64,000 nt of DNA from Minisyncoccota bacterium (GTDB taxonomy: Bacteria > Patescibacteriota > Minisyncoccia > Phycocordibacterales > UBA5272). Positions within the stretch are counted from its first letter, which is position 1. Every line of letters begins with the position of its first letter. This document shows, in pieces, positions 9,110 through 22,032 of the stretch. Position numbers and translations under genes: made by a program. Where the stretch lies: the NCBI GenBank assembly GCA_041651055.1, contig JBAZJW010000001.1, positions 691,702-755,701 of the forward strand, read 5' to 3'. The notes below the pieces were generated by a model. That model was given only the letters and a program-made list of their open reading frames with translations. It had not been told where the DNA came from and made no database searches.

Positions 9110-11026
9110 ATGAAATTCTCAAAAAGCTGGCTGCAAGACTATAGTAAAGAACCTCTTCCTGAAGTAAAAAAACTTGAGGAGATTGTGACGTTCAACGCCT
9201 TTGAAATTGAAGAGGTGACGAAATTCGGTGATGATGACATTTTGGATATTAAAGTTTTGCCGAATCGGGCACATGATGCGCTTGGTCACAGAGGAATGGC
9301 GCGGGATATTACCGCATTACTTGGAAATACGTTTATTGACCCAAATGAATTTTATCAGGCAGAAGGAGATGCTTCTGTTGCTGCACCTCTCATTACCATT
9401 GTGGATGCGAAAGCGTGTACGCGATTTATGAGTGTGCGTATCGATGGTGTGCGTGTCACAGAGTCCCCAGAATGGTTAAAGGTACGACTTCAATCAATTG
9501 GACAGAAAAGTATTAACTCAATTGTAGATATCACTAATTACGTGCAGTTTGCTATCAATAAACCAATGCATGCATACGATTCTACGTTGCTCGCCGGTAA
9601 CACACTCTCTGCACGTTTCGCCCATATAGGGGAGACACTGACAACGCTTGATGATAAGGATCTCACGCTTGATGAGGATACGCTTGTGATTGCGGACACT
9701 GAAAAGCCACTCGGGCTTGCGGGAATAAAAGGTGGGAAGTTTTCTGGCATCAGTGCTGCGACGACGTCGATTGTTATTGAGTCCGCAAACTTTAATCCGA
9801 CACGTATCAGAAAGACTGCACAGAAGTATGGTATACGTACAGATGCTTCGAAGCGTTTTGAAAATGAAATAAGTGACACGCTTGTAGAGGACGGTCTTCG
9901 TATGACTATCTCGCTTGTGCAAAAATTAAATGAAGGCGTGCGTGTGAGTGCTATCGTTGATGTGTATCCTTCGCCGACTGTCATCGCAACTGTTTCCGTA
10001 CCACTTTCTCATATCAATGGCGCACTTGGAACAACGTATAACGGTGAAGATATTGAAAAAGTTTTTACTGCACTTGGTTTTGTTTATACAACAACCGGAG
10101 AAAATTACAGTGTTACTGTACCGTCTGAGCGTCTCGATATTCGCATCAAAGAAGATTTGATCGAAGAGGTTGCTCGTGTGAAAGGTCTGTCGTCTATTGT
10201 GGGTGTGCTCCCTATGCTTAATCGCACAGGGCTTCCACATAAGCGTTTGTACTATGAAAACAAAGTGAAGAATATTTTGTATGCGAATGGATTTTCGGAA
10301 ATCATGACGTACTCGTTTGGTGACGTAGGTGAAGTAGAAATAGTGAAAGGTCTTGCAACCGATAAAGAAAAGTTGCGTAGCGCACTTGCAAGCGGCGTGG
10401 AGAGGGCCTTTCACATGAACATGTTGAATGCTCCGTTGCTCAACATTCAAACCGTAAAGATGTACGAATTCGGAAATGTGTTTACAAAAATAACAGAGCG
10501 TAGACACCTCGCCCTTGTGATTGATGACGGGAAAAAGAAATCATCCTTCACCGATGAAGTCGATACGATTCTTTCACAGATTAAACGTGACCTTGGTGTG
10601 GCCACAATAGAATACGAAACCGTGAGCGCTAAGCCGTATGTCATTGAACTTGATTTTGATACACTGATAGCAACGCTTCCCGAGCCGACATCTTATGAAT
10701 CGCTTACACGCTCTCAAAATTCAATTGCTTACACACCAATCTCTCCTTATCCGTTTATCGTCCGTGATATTGCTGTGTGGGTTCCTGCTTCTGTCACATG
10801 GGAAGACCTCCATACTCTCGCTCTACAAATTGATTCTCCTCTCATCATTCGTATTGATTGTTTTGATACCTTCTCGAAAACAGCGGAAGATGGAAGCGTA
10901 AAAACATCCTTTGCATTTCGTTTCGTTTTGCAGTCAAAAGAAAGAACGCTTACCGACGAAGAGGCGAATGCTGTTGCGGAGAAGATGTACACAATCCTTA
11001 AGGAGAAGGGATACGAAATTCGCTAG
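9110..11026 (+). CDS. pheT: Phenylalanine-tRNA ligase beta subunit (shortened)
   Basis: LPNRAHDAL, VDITNYV, PMHAYD, TDASKRFE, DLIEEVAR, C-terminal RDIA/ERTLTDEE. Confidence 0.95.
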   Translation: MKFSKSWLQDYSKEPLPEVKKLEEIVTFNAFEIEEVTKFGDDDILDIKVLPNRAHDALGHRGMARDITALLGNTFIDPNEFYQAEGDASVAAPLITIVDAKACTRFMSVRIDGVRVTESPEWLKVRLQSIGQKSINSIVDITNYVQFAINKPMHAYDSTLLAGNTLSARFAHIGETLTTLDDKDLTLDEDTLVIADTEKPLGLAGIKGGKFSGISAATTSIVIESANFNPTRIRKTAQKYGIRTDASKRFENEISDTLVEDGLRMTISLVQKLNEGVRVSAIVDVYPSPTVIATVSVPLSHINGALGTTYNGEDIEKVFTALGFVYTTTGENYSVTVPSERLDIRIKEDLIEEVARVKGLSSIVGVLPMLNRTGLPHKRLYYENKVKNILYANGFSEIMTYSFGDVGEVEIVKGLATDKEKLRSALASGVERAFHMNMLNAPLLNIQTVKMYEFGNVFTKITERRHLALVIDDGKKKSSFTDEVDTILSQIKRDLGVATIEYETVSAKPYVIELDFDTLIATLPEPTSYESLTRSQNSIAYTPISPYPFIVRDIAVWVPASVTWEDLHTLALQIDSPLIIRIDCFDTFSKTAEDGSVKTSFAFRFVLQSKERTLTDEEANAVAEKMYTILKEKGYEIR

Positions 11027-11032
11027 ACATAT

Positions 11033-11554
11033 ATGAAATTAATTATTGTTCCGGGTAACTCTTTGATGCACAAGGAATGGTCTTTAAAAGCCAAGGAAGT
11101 GCTTAGTGAATTTTTTGATGAGGTACACGTACTCTTTTATTCTCATTGGGAAACAGAAGGCTCTGTTTTGGATTTTGATGTGGAGCTAGACAAGCTCGTT
11201 TCTCTTACAAAAAACATAGGGGAGTATATGGTCTTCGCAAAATCTGCAGGTTCTCTTCTTACAATGAGAGGCGTACATGAGGGAGTGATTGATCCTAAAA
11301 AATGTTTTTTCCTAGGCGTTCCTTTTGTGTGGGCGCATAAAAATAATTTTCCAGTTGAATATTGGGTAAAGAATTTTTCTATACCAACACGTATTATTCA
11401 ACAGGAATTTGATCGTACATGTTCTGCTCTAGAGTTAGAGAAGTTTCTCAAAGAATATGCTATTTCAAATTACACCATGAAAGTTATTCCTGGAGAGGAT
11501 CATTATTATTCAGACTGGGAAGATATAACAAGAGAAGTTGGTCTATTGCTGTAG
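11033..11554 (+). CDS. Small alpha/beta hydrolase
   Basis: AKSAG nucleophile elbow, Asp and GEDH His. Confidence 0.75.
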   Translation: MKLIIVPGNSLMHKEWSLKAKEVLSEFFDEVHVLFYSHWETEGSVLDFDVELDKLVSLTKNIGEYMVFAKSAGSLLTMRGVHEGVIDPKKCFFLGVPFVWAHKNNFPVEYWVKNFSIPTRIIQQEFDRTCSALELEKFLKEYAISNYTMKVIPGEDHYYSDWEDITREVGLLL

Positions 11555-12239
11555 ATCTGAACCAAGCAGGAGTTCTGCTTTAATTAAACATTCTGGGGAC
11601 GTGATTTGAATCCATCTCGCTGCTTTTTAGTACGTGTACAGGAATATCTTGTGCCATGCCGACAATGGTGTGAGGAAGACCAAATTCTGTATCAGATACA
11701 CGGACAAGAGGATAGGAAAAGTAGTCTTTTGAAATCACGCATGCGCCGGTGTTGATGAGTGATGAAGGAAATCCCGTTTGTGATTGACCCTCATTGAGAC
11801 CAAAAAGTAGCCCATCTTTTTCGACGACTTGACCTTTTTTCTGTAGACCAGTTTCACCTTCATCAAATACGAGCATTGCATTGTCGTGTGCTATGAGTTT
11901 TTCTAAGTCACTGTTTTCGTAAATATCATCTCCCATAAGTATGAGAGCTTTTTCTTGTACGTATTCCTTGCAGAGAGCGATGGCTCCACCTGTACCGTTT
12001 AGTTCATCTTGAATGATGTATGTGACAGGGATGGTGTTCCACGAAGAACCGAAGTAGTCCATAATGATTTCTTTTTTATAGCCGACTACAAAAATGATTT
12101 CGGAAACTTCTTTCGGAAGCGCTTCTAATTTCCATTCGAGGAGGTTTTTATTCAAGACACTAAGCATGGGCTTGGGTGTGTTTTCTGTGAGTGTTCCCAT
12201 GCGTACACCACGGCCTGAGGCCAAAATAATTGCGAGCAT
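11543..12239 (-). CDS. Sugar-phosphate nucleotidyltransferase with apparent +1 frameshift near the 3' end
   Basis: LASGRGVRM..TPKPM, NGTGGA, MGDD; called ORF ends at 11580 but a family-like C-terminus WIQITSPECLIKAE lies in the +1 frame ending at 11543. Confidence 0.8.
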
Positions 12240-12303
12240 CTCTTGATAGTATCAAAAAGTTGCACATAATGAAAACAGAATTGCGGTGTGGTAGTATAGG
12301 GAT

Positions 12304-13569
12304 ATGAAAGTCTATTGTATAGGAATTGGAGGCATCGGCCTCTCAGCGCTCGCCAGATATTACAAGCACAAAGGGTATGATGTGTCTGGGTCTGATTCGG
12401 CAGAATCAGACATCGACAGTGCACTTCGTAAAGAAGGCATCGATGTCGCGATTGGACATAATGGTGACCATATCACAGATGATATAGATTTGGTGGTCTA
12501 CACTATCGCCATTTCAATCGACAATGTCGAGTATGTTCGTGCACAAGAGCTCGGCATTACGTGTATGAGTTATCCAGAAGCGCTTGGTGAAATTACAAAA
12601 GAAAAGACCACCATTGCTGTGTCGGGTACACACGGGAAGACGACAACAACGGCGATGATGTATTATGCGCTCAGGGCTTGCGGTATCAATCCGACGGTTA
12701 TTGTTGGCAGCCTTCTTGCAGACGGTGGTACTAATTTTATTGCCGGAGACAGTGATTATATGGTAGTGGAAGCGTGTGAGTACAGGCGTTCATTTCTCAA
12801 TCTTCATCCGACGCATATTATTGTGACAAATATTGATGCAGATCATTTGGATTATTACAAAGATCTCGAAGATATTCACACAGCCTTCCAGTCGTTTGCA
12901 GAAAAGTTGGAAGGTAAAGGGTTGCTCGTCGCTCACAGTAATGTTTCTTTGAATACTGATGGAAAGAAAGTGGATGCCGATTGTGTCGATAAAAAAAGTA
13001 TCACGCTCAGTGTTCTTGGTGAACACAATCAAGAAAATGCACAGCTTGTCCTTGCTCTCACAAACGCTCTTGGGTTAGATGAGGAAAAGGCACGAAAAGG
13101 ACTCCTCCTCTTTCCTGGTACATGGCGTAGACTTGAGTACAAAGGTGTCACAGAGCATGGCGTGGCGGTATACGATGACTATGGACATCATCCTACCGAA
13201 ATACATGCGACACTCGCCGCCCTTCGTCAAAAGTATCCCAAAGGGGACTACAAGCTTCATGTATTTTTTCAGCCACATTTGCATTCACGCACGAAGGCTT
13301 TTTTTGATGAGTTCGGTGAAGTGTTGAAAGAAGCTGATTATGTTTCTCTTATGCCAATTTACAAAGCGCGACTTGAAACAGACACCTCTGTGTCGTCAGA
13401 GGATCTTCGGGATCTCATTATTCTAAAAGGCGGACAAGCAGAAAGCTTGCCCTCTATTGCTGATATGCCTTCGCACATTATAGCTATTACTGATGCCAAA
13501 ACTGTGGTGGTGAATGTTGGTGCTGGAGATGCATTTGCAGGGCTTAACGCAATACATCTCACCAAATAA
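12304..13569 (+). CDS. murC: UDP-N-acetylmuramate-L-alanine ligase
   Basis: GIGGIGLSALA, GTHGKTTTT, VEACEY, DHLDYY, DDYGHHPTE, FQPH. Confidence 0.96.
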   Translation: MKVYCIGIGGIGLSALARYYKHKGYDVSGSDSAESDIDSALRKEGIDVAIGHNGDHITDDIDLVVYTIAISIDNVEYVRAQELGITCMSYPEALGEITKEKTTIAVSGTHGKTTTTAMMYYALRACGINPTVIVGSLLADGGTNFIAGDSDYMVVEACEYRRSFLNLHPTHIIVTNIDADHLDYYKDLEDIHTAFQSFAEKLEGKGLLVAHSNVSLNTDGKKVDADCVDKKSITLSVLGEHNQENAQLVLALTNALGLDEEKARKGLLLFPGTWRRLEYKGVTEHGVAVYDDYGHHPTEIHATLAALRQKYPKGDYKLHVFFQPHLHSRTKAFFDEFGEVLKEADYVSLMPIYKARLETDTSVSSEDLRDLIILKGGQAESLPSIADMPSHIIAITDAKTVVVNVGAGDAFAGLNAIHLTK

Positions 13570-13570
13570 T

Positions 13571-14896
13571 ATGAAGCGCGAAATTTACCTCCCATATTTT
13601 GAAAATAAAAAAGTGACCGTCATGGGGCTTGGCCTTCTTGGCCGCGGCATAGGAGATACTGCGTTTCTTGCACAAGCGGGAGCGGAAATTATTGTTACAG
13701 ATAAGAAAACAAAAGAACAGTTGGAAGAATCTCTCGAAGCGCTCAAGGAATGTGCGGATATAACGTATGTATTAGGTGAACACAGAATGGAGGATTTTGA
13801 AAACAGAGATTTTATTATGGAAGCTGCCGGTGTGCCACTTGATAGTGAGTTCATTATGCATGCAAAGGAGAATCATATACCTGTGTATATGTCAGCAGCA
13901 CTTGTATGTGACATTGTCATGAAGAATATTCCTGAGGTAGTGATTATCGGTGTGACAGGAACGAGAGGAAAAAGTACAACCACACAAATGATTGCACATA
14001 TATTGCGAGAGAATGGATCGCGGGTGCACCTCGGTGGTAATGTTCGCGGTGTTGCCAATCTTCCGTTACTTGATGCTATTGATGACGGAGATTTTCTTGT
14101 GCTTGAACTTGATAGTTGGCAGTTACAAGGTTTTGGAGAAATGAAAATCAGTCCACATATCGCAGTGTTTACGAGTTTCTTGGATGATCACATGAATTAT
14201 TACAAGAATGATAAAGAAGCATACTTCAGTGACAAGGCGAATGTGTACCGTAATCAACATTCTGGAGATGTGTTCATTGCAAGCGCACAAGCAAGTAGTG
14301 AAATTATTATGCGGGGAGAACGAGTTGCTATTTCTGTTCCAGAAAATATTCATTTTGAAATGAAATTAATCGGGGAACATAATCAGGTTGCGGCAGGGTT
14401 GGCATACGAAGTGGCCACTCAGTGTGGATTAGATGATGAAAGTATTCGTGCAGCAATTGCGACATTTTCTGCTGTGGATGGACGGTTGGAAGATCTGGGT
14501 GTCTTTAGAGGGGTTCGTGTTTTTAATGACAATAATGCCACAACACCAGATGCTACTATTGCAGGAATAAAAGCTATCAACGAAACCTATCATGTAAAAC
14601 CTATTCTTATTATGGGCGGTTCAGATAAAGGACTTCCTCTTGAAGATTTGGAGCATGTAGTGCAAGAAGATACGAAGGCGTGTGTGTTGCTCGCTGGGAC
14701 GGGTACAGATACATTATCTCTATCGAAAGATATTGTCTGCGAGACGCTTTCTGAATGTGTTGCCAAAGCCTTCAGTCTCGCTAAAGAGGGTGATGTTATT
14801 CTTTTCAGCCCAGCATTTGCTTCGTTCTCAAAGTATTTTAATAATGAATATGAGAAGAATGATACGTTTGTAAAAGAGGTACAAAAATACGTCTAA
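13571..14896 (+). CDS. murD: UDP-MurNAc-L-Ala-D-glutamate ligase
   Basis: GLGLLGRG, GTRGKSTT, LELDSWQL, DHMNYY, GGSDKG, SPAFASF. Confidence 0.94.
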   Translation: MKREIYLPYFENKKVTVMGLGLLGRGIGDTAFLAQAGAEIIVTDKKTKEQLEESLEALKECADITYVLGEHRMEDFENRDFIMEAAGVPLDSEFIMHAKENHIPVYMSAALVCDIVMKNIPEVVIIGVTGTRGKSTTTQMIAHILRENGSRVHLGGNVRGVANLPLLDAIDDGDFLVLELDSWQLQGFGEMKISPHIAVFTSFLDDHMNYYKNDKEAYFSDKANVYRNQHSGDVFIASAQASSEIIMRGERVAISVPENIHFEMKLIGEHNQVAAGLAYEVATQCGLDDESIRAAIATFSAVDGRLEDLGVFRGVRVFNDNNATTPDATIAGIKAINETYHVKPILIMGGSDKGLPLEDLEHVVQEDTKACVLLAGTGTDTLSLSKDIVCETLSECVAKAFSLAKEGDVILFSPAFASFSKYFNNEYEKNDTFVKEVQKYV

Positions 14897-14977
14897 AAAC
14901 CCTTGAAGATAAAGGTTAAAATGGTGACTTTTCCCCTTTATTTTTGATTGTAAAAATGGTATAATTGAAGGACTTAA

Positions 14978-17185
<2,208 letters not shown>

Positions 17186-17304
17186 GGACCCCTGAATCCT
17201 GTGTCTCGCTTCTAAAACAATTTCTGACTTAGCTGGGTATCGTTGAAACTATTTTTAATTAAAAAAAGCGCCCATTTGCACGGGCGCTTGAAGGCGAGTC
17301 TTCT

Positions 17305-17709
17305 TTATTCCGAGGCGAGGATCTTGCCAATTCTTTTTTGATATTTCTCTACACGGGCCAAAAGTTTTTTACTCCCACCCGAGTTTAAACGTAAATAATC
17401 CATGGCAATTTTCACATCTTTCATTTGTGCTTTTTGCCAGGATGGATATATGCTTTTTGCGTGCTCAATCATCCACTGCTCCGTTTCATCTCCGATTCTT
17501 GTTCGGGCTGCAACAAGCTGTTGTGGATCAAATGGTGCCAGCACCTTGTCCAAGAGCTTAAGACACAGAATCATTTTTTCTGCCTTCTCTTTCCGCTTTG
17601 CTATAAATTTTGACACATACGACACACCCTCTAAAACGCAAAGGAAGAGAAGGGCAAGGATTGAAAGAACTACAACGACCGGATCGAATTGTATTAAACT
17701 TGTGTTCAC
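17305..17709 (-). CDS. Hypothetical membrane-anchored protein
   Basis: GTG start with GAGGAG SD; N-terminal TM; hairpin terminator ~17262-17290. Confidence 0.65.
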   Translation of the reverse strand: MNTSLIQFDPVVVVLSILALLFLCVLEGVSYVSKFIAKRKEKAEKMILCLKLLDKVLAPFDPQQLVAARTRIGDETEQWMIEHAKSIYPSWQKAQMKDVKIAMDYLRLNSGGSKKLLARVEKYQKRIGKILASE

Positions 17710-17841
17710 GATGAAACTCCTCTGGTTGGTTTATTTGAAACTACCACAATCGCTTAACATCGTCAACTGAACACTTTTACTTTTGTCTCTCATTGTAGTA
17801 GAGTGGTGGAGGATTTCTTTAACCCTCTAAAGGAGTAGAAA

Positions 17842-18225
17842 GTGACAATAATAGTTCTAGATAGTACAGGAGGCGAGGGTCTCAACGGGATTCTCATTGA
17901 AGTGTTGCCTGACACTCTCATCCTCACTCTCAGTACAGTCTTCCTTGATTCGTGGGGCGACGAACGAGATATTTGCCACCTTCTTGATGCTCTTGAGGGT
18001 GCGGCGGACGAGGTGCCGTGTGGCATTCGTTCCGATGGAAATAATCCAGTTAACCTTGTCATAGTGGACGATCGCCGTGAGCCCGTTCTTGGACTTGTCC
18101 AATCGCTTGCGCTAGGGCTTGGAGATCTTGGAGACTCCTCCGTTGGATTTATTTCGAAGAGACCAAGTCTCCATCCATACGGTCCACTAAAACATGGAAA
18201 GAAAGGAAAGGCAAAGAAATGGTGA
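17842..18225 (+). CDS. Hypothetical protein (orphan)
   Basis: AAGGAG SD before GTG; 127 aa. Confidence 0.55.
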   Translation: MTIIVLDSTGGEGLNGILIEVLPDTLILTLSTVFLDSWGDERDICHLLDALEGAADEVPCGIRSDGNNPVNLVIVDDRREPVLGLVQSLALGLGDLGDSSVGFISKRPSLHPYGPLKHGKKGKAKKW

Positions 18226-18476
18226 AAACAATCTGTTCTTGTGGTGTATGCTGTGAACACCGGCCACCACAAACGTGCCGAATTTTGGCCGAACGTTCTG
18301 ACGAAGCAAGAAGAGGTGCGCTCCTTCAGCTTGGGGTTGAGTGCCACCTGCTGACCCTGTCAACTGAGATGGGGCAGCCTGTCATCCAGGCGACCCCTTC
18401 AGATCCCCATAACGGGGACTTCCACGATGAGGCTCTTCCTGCTTGGGGAGAGTCTGCCGTACCCGACATGCTCTGA
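18219..18476 (+). CDS. Hypothetical Cys-rich small protein
   Basis: Overlaps the previous stop; terminator-like hairpin ~18510-18540. Confidence 0.4.
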   Translation: MVKTICSCGVCCEHRPPQTCRILAERSDEARRGALLQLGVECHLLTLSTEMGQPVIQATPSDPHNGDFHDEALPAWGESAVPDML

Positions 18477-18586
18477 AATATGTCCGTCCGTGAGCGCTTC
18501 AAGCTCAAATGCCTTCGAGACATCTCGTCGGCTTTTTTATTTGTATCCTTGATATATAACGATTTTTATGGTATAATGCACACCTC

Positions 18587-19105
18587 ATGAAATGGGTAAT
18601 TTTTACAGGGACATGGCGTCTCACGAATAAAGAAGTTGAGAATGATGTACGCCTCGCTGCAAGGCGGGTTTTTGAAAATGGTGATGGACTAGTCACGGGA
18701 GGTGCTACAGGAGTGGACTTTTTTGCCATGGATGAATTTGTAAAACTTAACCCAGAATGTACTCGTATACGTATTTTTATACCAGCACGACTACATCATT
18801 TTATTGATGACTATAAGAAAAACTGGAAGCATTTTCCAGTGTCAGATATGGACATCGAAAATCTCGATTATCTTTTACAATTGATTAAAGAGAGGAATCC
18901 AAGTGCTGTGTTTGAAGTGCGAAAAGACAGTGGAGACATCACACAGATAGAGTATGACCTACGTCACAATGAAGAAGTGACTTTTTCTGATGAAGTGTAT
19001 GCTTTCCACGTGAATTCAAGTACGGGCACTCACGATACTATTACCAAAGCACAAGCGGCAGGCCTTCCTGTGACATTGCATAAGAAATATATAATAGCGG
19101 AGTAG
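18587..19105 (+). CDS. SLOG-superfamily (DprA/LOG-like) nucleotide-binding protein
   Basis: IFTGT, VTGGATGVD, RHN, STGTHDTI motifs. Confidence 0.75.
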   Translation: MKWVIFTGTWRLTNKEVENDVRLAARRVFENGDGLVTGGATGVDFFAMDEFVKLNPECTRIRIFIPARLHHFIDDYKKNWKHFPVSDMDIENLDYLLQLIKERNPSAVFEVRKDSGDITQIEYDLRHNEEVTFSDEVYAFHVNSSTGTHDTITKAQAAGLPVTLHKKYIIAE

Positions 19106-19176
19106 GCGGTTTCCTTGTGATTGACTCAACCTGTTTTTCGAGCTATAATGACGACCTGTTCAAATTAGGAGACCCT

Positions 19177-19314
19177 ATGACCCCAGAAGTTCCGCCGACT
19201 CAGGTCGACAAACCCCTGGCTGAGCTGGTGGTTCAGGAGATACCACCGCACCAGCGCTCTCATCTGAACGATGAGAGAATTGCGCAAATGCAGATGCAGG
19301 CGCAACAACAATAG
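19177..19314 (+). CDS. Small Gln/Pro-rich peptide (45 aa)
   Basis: TATAAT promoter, AGGAGA SD before ATG 19177, terminator ~19336-19365. Confidence 0.5.
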   Translation: MTPEVPPTQVDKPLAELVVQEIPPHQRSHLNDERIAQMQMQAQQQ

Positions 19315-19440
19315 TCGCGGAGTAATCCACCGCGCAAGCCGCACCCTAAAAAGTGCGGCCTTTTTCTTGCATAGTTTTTCGAAAAAGCGTAGGATGAAAA
19401 CTGTTTTTACAACAATAGTTCTTTTTTAGAGAGGTTTTTT

Positions 19441-19971
19441 ATGTCAAATGTTTTGGCCAACGCAGACGCCGCCACGATGTTGTCCTTCCAAAAGGTGATT
19501 CTTATCGCCGGCGTATTCAATGATGCGCGTATCTCCGGCGCCGTTGAGGAAGAATTCATGATTCCCTCGCAGAGACTTCTCGTGAGAGCTTTTGCGGAAG
19601 TTCTCGGCGAAGAGTTTGTATTGTGTGAAGGTGAAATTCTAAATATCACACAAGATACAAACTTCCCACACGGCGCATCTGCTCAAATCCGCTTTGACTC
19701 AACCAGGAAGGTTGTAAACGTGAAGACGTCGAGGTATGAGCATTCATGGCTTTGCCTTCTGAAGTTCGATGTTTGGATAGACGTTACACCTCCCGGATCT
19801 GACCCGAGATGGCTTTCACCGGTGAAGTATTCCCCAGGTGGAGCTCGTCCAGCGTACAGAAAGTTGGACAAGAACAACGAAGCAACTAAGCCGAAGCAAA
19901 GTGACGTTCGCCGTCTTTCGCAGATACTCGATCATCTTTGGCAAGAGGCTATAGGTGAAGGTGTTGCATGA
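19441..19971 (+). CDS. Hypothetical protein (orphan)
   Basis: GAGG SD, 176 aa, followed by hairpin terminator ~19990-20019. Confidence 0.6.
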   Translation: MSNVLANADAATMLSFQKVILIAGVFNDARISGAVEEEFMIPSQRLLVRAFAEVLGEEFVLCEGEILNITQDTNFPHGASAQIRFDSTRKVVNVKTSRYEHSWLCLLKFDVWIDVTPPGSDPRWLSPVKYSPGGARPAYRKLDKNNEATKPKQSDVRRLSQILDHLWQEAIGEGVA

Positions 19972-20038
19972 CTTCTCACCTGATCGCAAAACGCCGCCCC
20001 CAAGGGAGCGGCATTTTTTATTCTTAACAGAGGAATTT

Positions 20039-21799
20039 TTATTTCTTATTCCGTATTTCTTCTGTCATCTTCATGAGCAATTCTTCTATTTTCATTTCAC
20101 CGATTTTGCCTTCTGTTCGATGTTCGAGTGTTACGGTATCATTTGCCACTTCAGCGTCTCCGATAACCGCCCAGTAGGGGGTTTTCATTTCACGCGTGTT
20201 ACGAATCTTTTTACCGAGACCTTCTCTACTGTTATCAATTTTCACACGAACATTTACTGCATCGAGTTCTTCATATACTTTCTTCGCATGTTCGTAGTGA
20301 TTATCTGTGATAGGAAGAATCGTAATTTGATTTGGCGATAGCCAAAGAGGGAAGTTGCCTGCAAAGTGTTCTATCATCACACCCATGAAGCGTTCGAGTG
20401 ATCCAGAAATAGCTCGATGTATAACAACAGGTCTTTCCTTTTTTCCTTCTTCATTAATAAATGAAAGATCAAAACGTTCAGGCAGGTTAAAGTCACACTG
20501 TACAGTTGCTAATTGCCATTCGCGTCCGATTGCATCTTTAAACATAAAGTCGAGCTTAGGTCCGTAGAAAGCTGCTTCATCTTTTGCTGGTTTGTATGGA
20601 AGGTTTTGCTTTTCACATACATTAGTAAGTGCTTGTTCTGCATTGTTCCAAACTTCGTCACTTCCTAGATATTTAGAAGTATCATCACCACGAAGAGAAA
20701 GACGAACCCAATAACCATCAATCATGTTCATGGTTGTATAAAATTCTTTGATGATAGAAACAATTGTAGACATCTCCTCTTCAATCTGACTTACTCTACA
20801 GAATAGGTGTCCGTCATCTTGTGTAATGGCTCGTACACGGGTTAGTCCACCGAGCTGTCCTGATTTTTCATCACGATAAATAGTAGCTGGTTCGAAGTAT
20901 CGTATTGGCATATCTCTGTACGAGAACTGGTTATCAGCATAAATTTGCATATGGTGAGGACAGTTCATCGGCTTCATGATGAATTTTTCTTCCTTTCCTT
21001 GTACGCGGAAAAGCTCATCTCCAAATTTTGCCGCATGGCCAGAAGTTTCGTAAAGTGCTTCCTTTGCGATATGTGGAGTCCATACACGAGAGTATCCTTT
21101 TTTAGCATGAAGTGACCAAAGGTAATCTTCTATTTCTTTACGGATAATCATACCGTTTGGCTGCATAAGCGGAAGCCCTGGGCCGATGAGAGATGAGACG
21201 GTAAAGAGTTTGAGCTGTGCCCCCAATATTCTATGATCTCGTTTCTTGGCTTCTTCTTGTTGTGTGATGTATGCATCGAGCTCAGCTTTTCCTTCGAAAG
21301 CAAGACCATAGATACGTGTGAGCATTGGCTTTGTTTCATCGCCGCGCCAGTATGCTCCAGCGATGTGCGTGAGAGCGAATCCATCAAGCGGAATTTCTTC
21401 GGAATTCGAAACATGAGGTCCTTCACAGAGATCGAAGAAATCATCACCCGTTCTATAGATGGTCACGTCTTCACCTTTATCCGCGATGCCGTCGATAAGT
21501 TCTAGCTTGAAAGGGTTAACAGAAAAAAGTGTTCGCGCCTGATCAGGGGACAAAGCTTCTACGGTAAATGGAAGATGTCGCTTGATAATATCTCGCATTG
21601 TATCTTCTACTTTTTTCAAGTCATCCACGCCTATTTTTACACCATCTACAAAGTCTATATCATAGTAAAAGCCGGTCTCAGTCACTGGGCCGATGGTCGG
21701 AAGTGCATGAGGAAAATGATGCTTGATGGCCATCAAAAGAATGTGCGCAAGGGAATGACGCTGTTTGAATAAAGGTGTTTGATCTTGTTTCTGTGACAT
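20039..21799 (-). CDS. thrS: Threonine-tRNA ligase
   Basis: RHSLAH, DLCEGPH, GAYWRG, KPMNCPHH, AAFYGPK, HRAISGSLERF. Confidence 0.97.
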   Translation of the reverse strand: MSQKQDQTPLFKQRHSLAHILLMAIKHHFPHALPTIGPVTETGFYYDIDFVDGVKIGVDDLKKVEDTMRDIIKRHLPFTVEALSPDQARTLFSVNPFKLELIDGIADKGEDVTIYRTGDDFFDLCEGPHVSNSEEIPLDGFALTHIAGAYWRGDETKPMLTRIYGLAFEGKAELDAYITQQEEAKKRDHRILGAQLKLFTVSSLIGPGLPLMQPNGMIIRKEIEDYLWSLHAKKGYSRVWTPHIAKEALYETSGHAAKFGDELFRVQGKEEKFIMKPMNCPHHMQIYADNQFSYRDMPIRYFEPATIYRDEKSGQLGGLTRVRAITQDDGHLFCRVSQIEEEMSTIVSIIKEFYTTMNMIDGYWVRLSLRGDDTSKYLGSDEVWNNAEQALTNVCEKQNLPYKPAKDEAAFYGPKLDFMFKDAIGREWQLATVQCDFNLPERFDLSFINEEGKKERPVVIHRAISGSLERFMGVMIEHFAGNFPLWLSPNQITILPITDNHYEHAKKVYEELDAVNVRVKIDNSREGLGKKIRNTREMKTPYWAVIGDAEVANDTVTLEHRTEGKIGEMKIEELLMKMTEEIRNKK

Positions 21800-22032
21800 A
21801 GTCTTTTTATAGTACCAGAAAAAGGAGATAGTAAAAAGTTTCTAAAGTTCATAAAGATAAAAGTCGAAATTCGGGCACCGTCAGAATTCCTTTATGAACC
21901 TTACAACGTTATGAACTTTCAGACTCTTGTCCTTGACATAGTGGGTAGGTTTTGTACTATGAAGTAACCTGCTAGAGGGAATATGACAAGAACACAGAAA
22001 TGAGAATCTAGCAACTAACCCTAACCTAAACT

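Noticed and set aside
17790-18347. 185-aa minus-strand ORF
   Set aside because: Ser/Arg/Pro-rich shadow of the SD-led plus-strand ORF 17842-18225.
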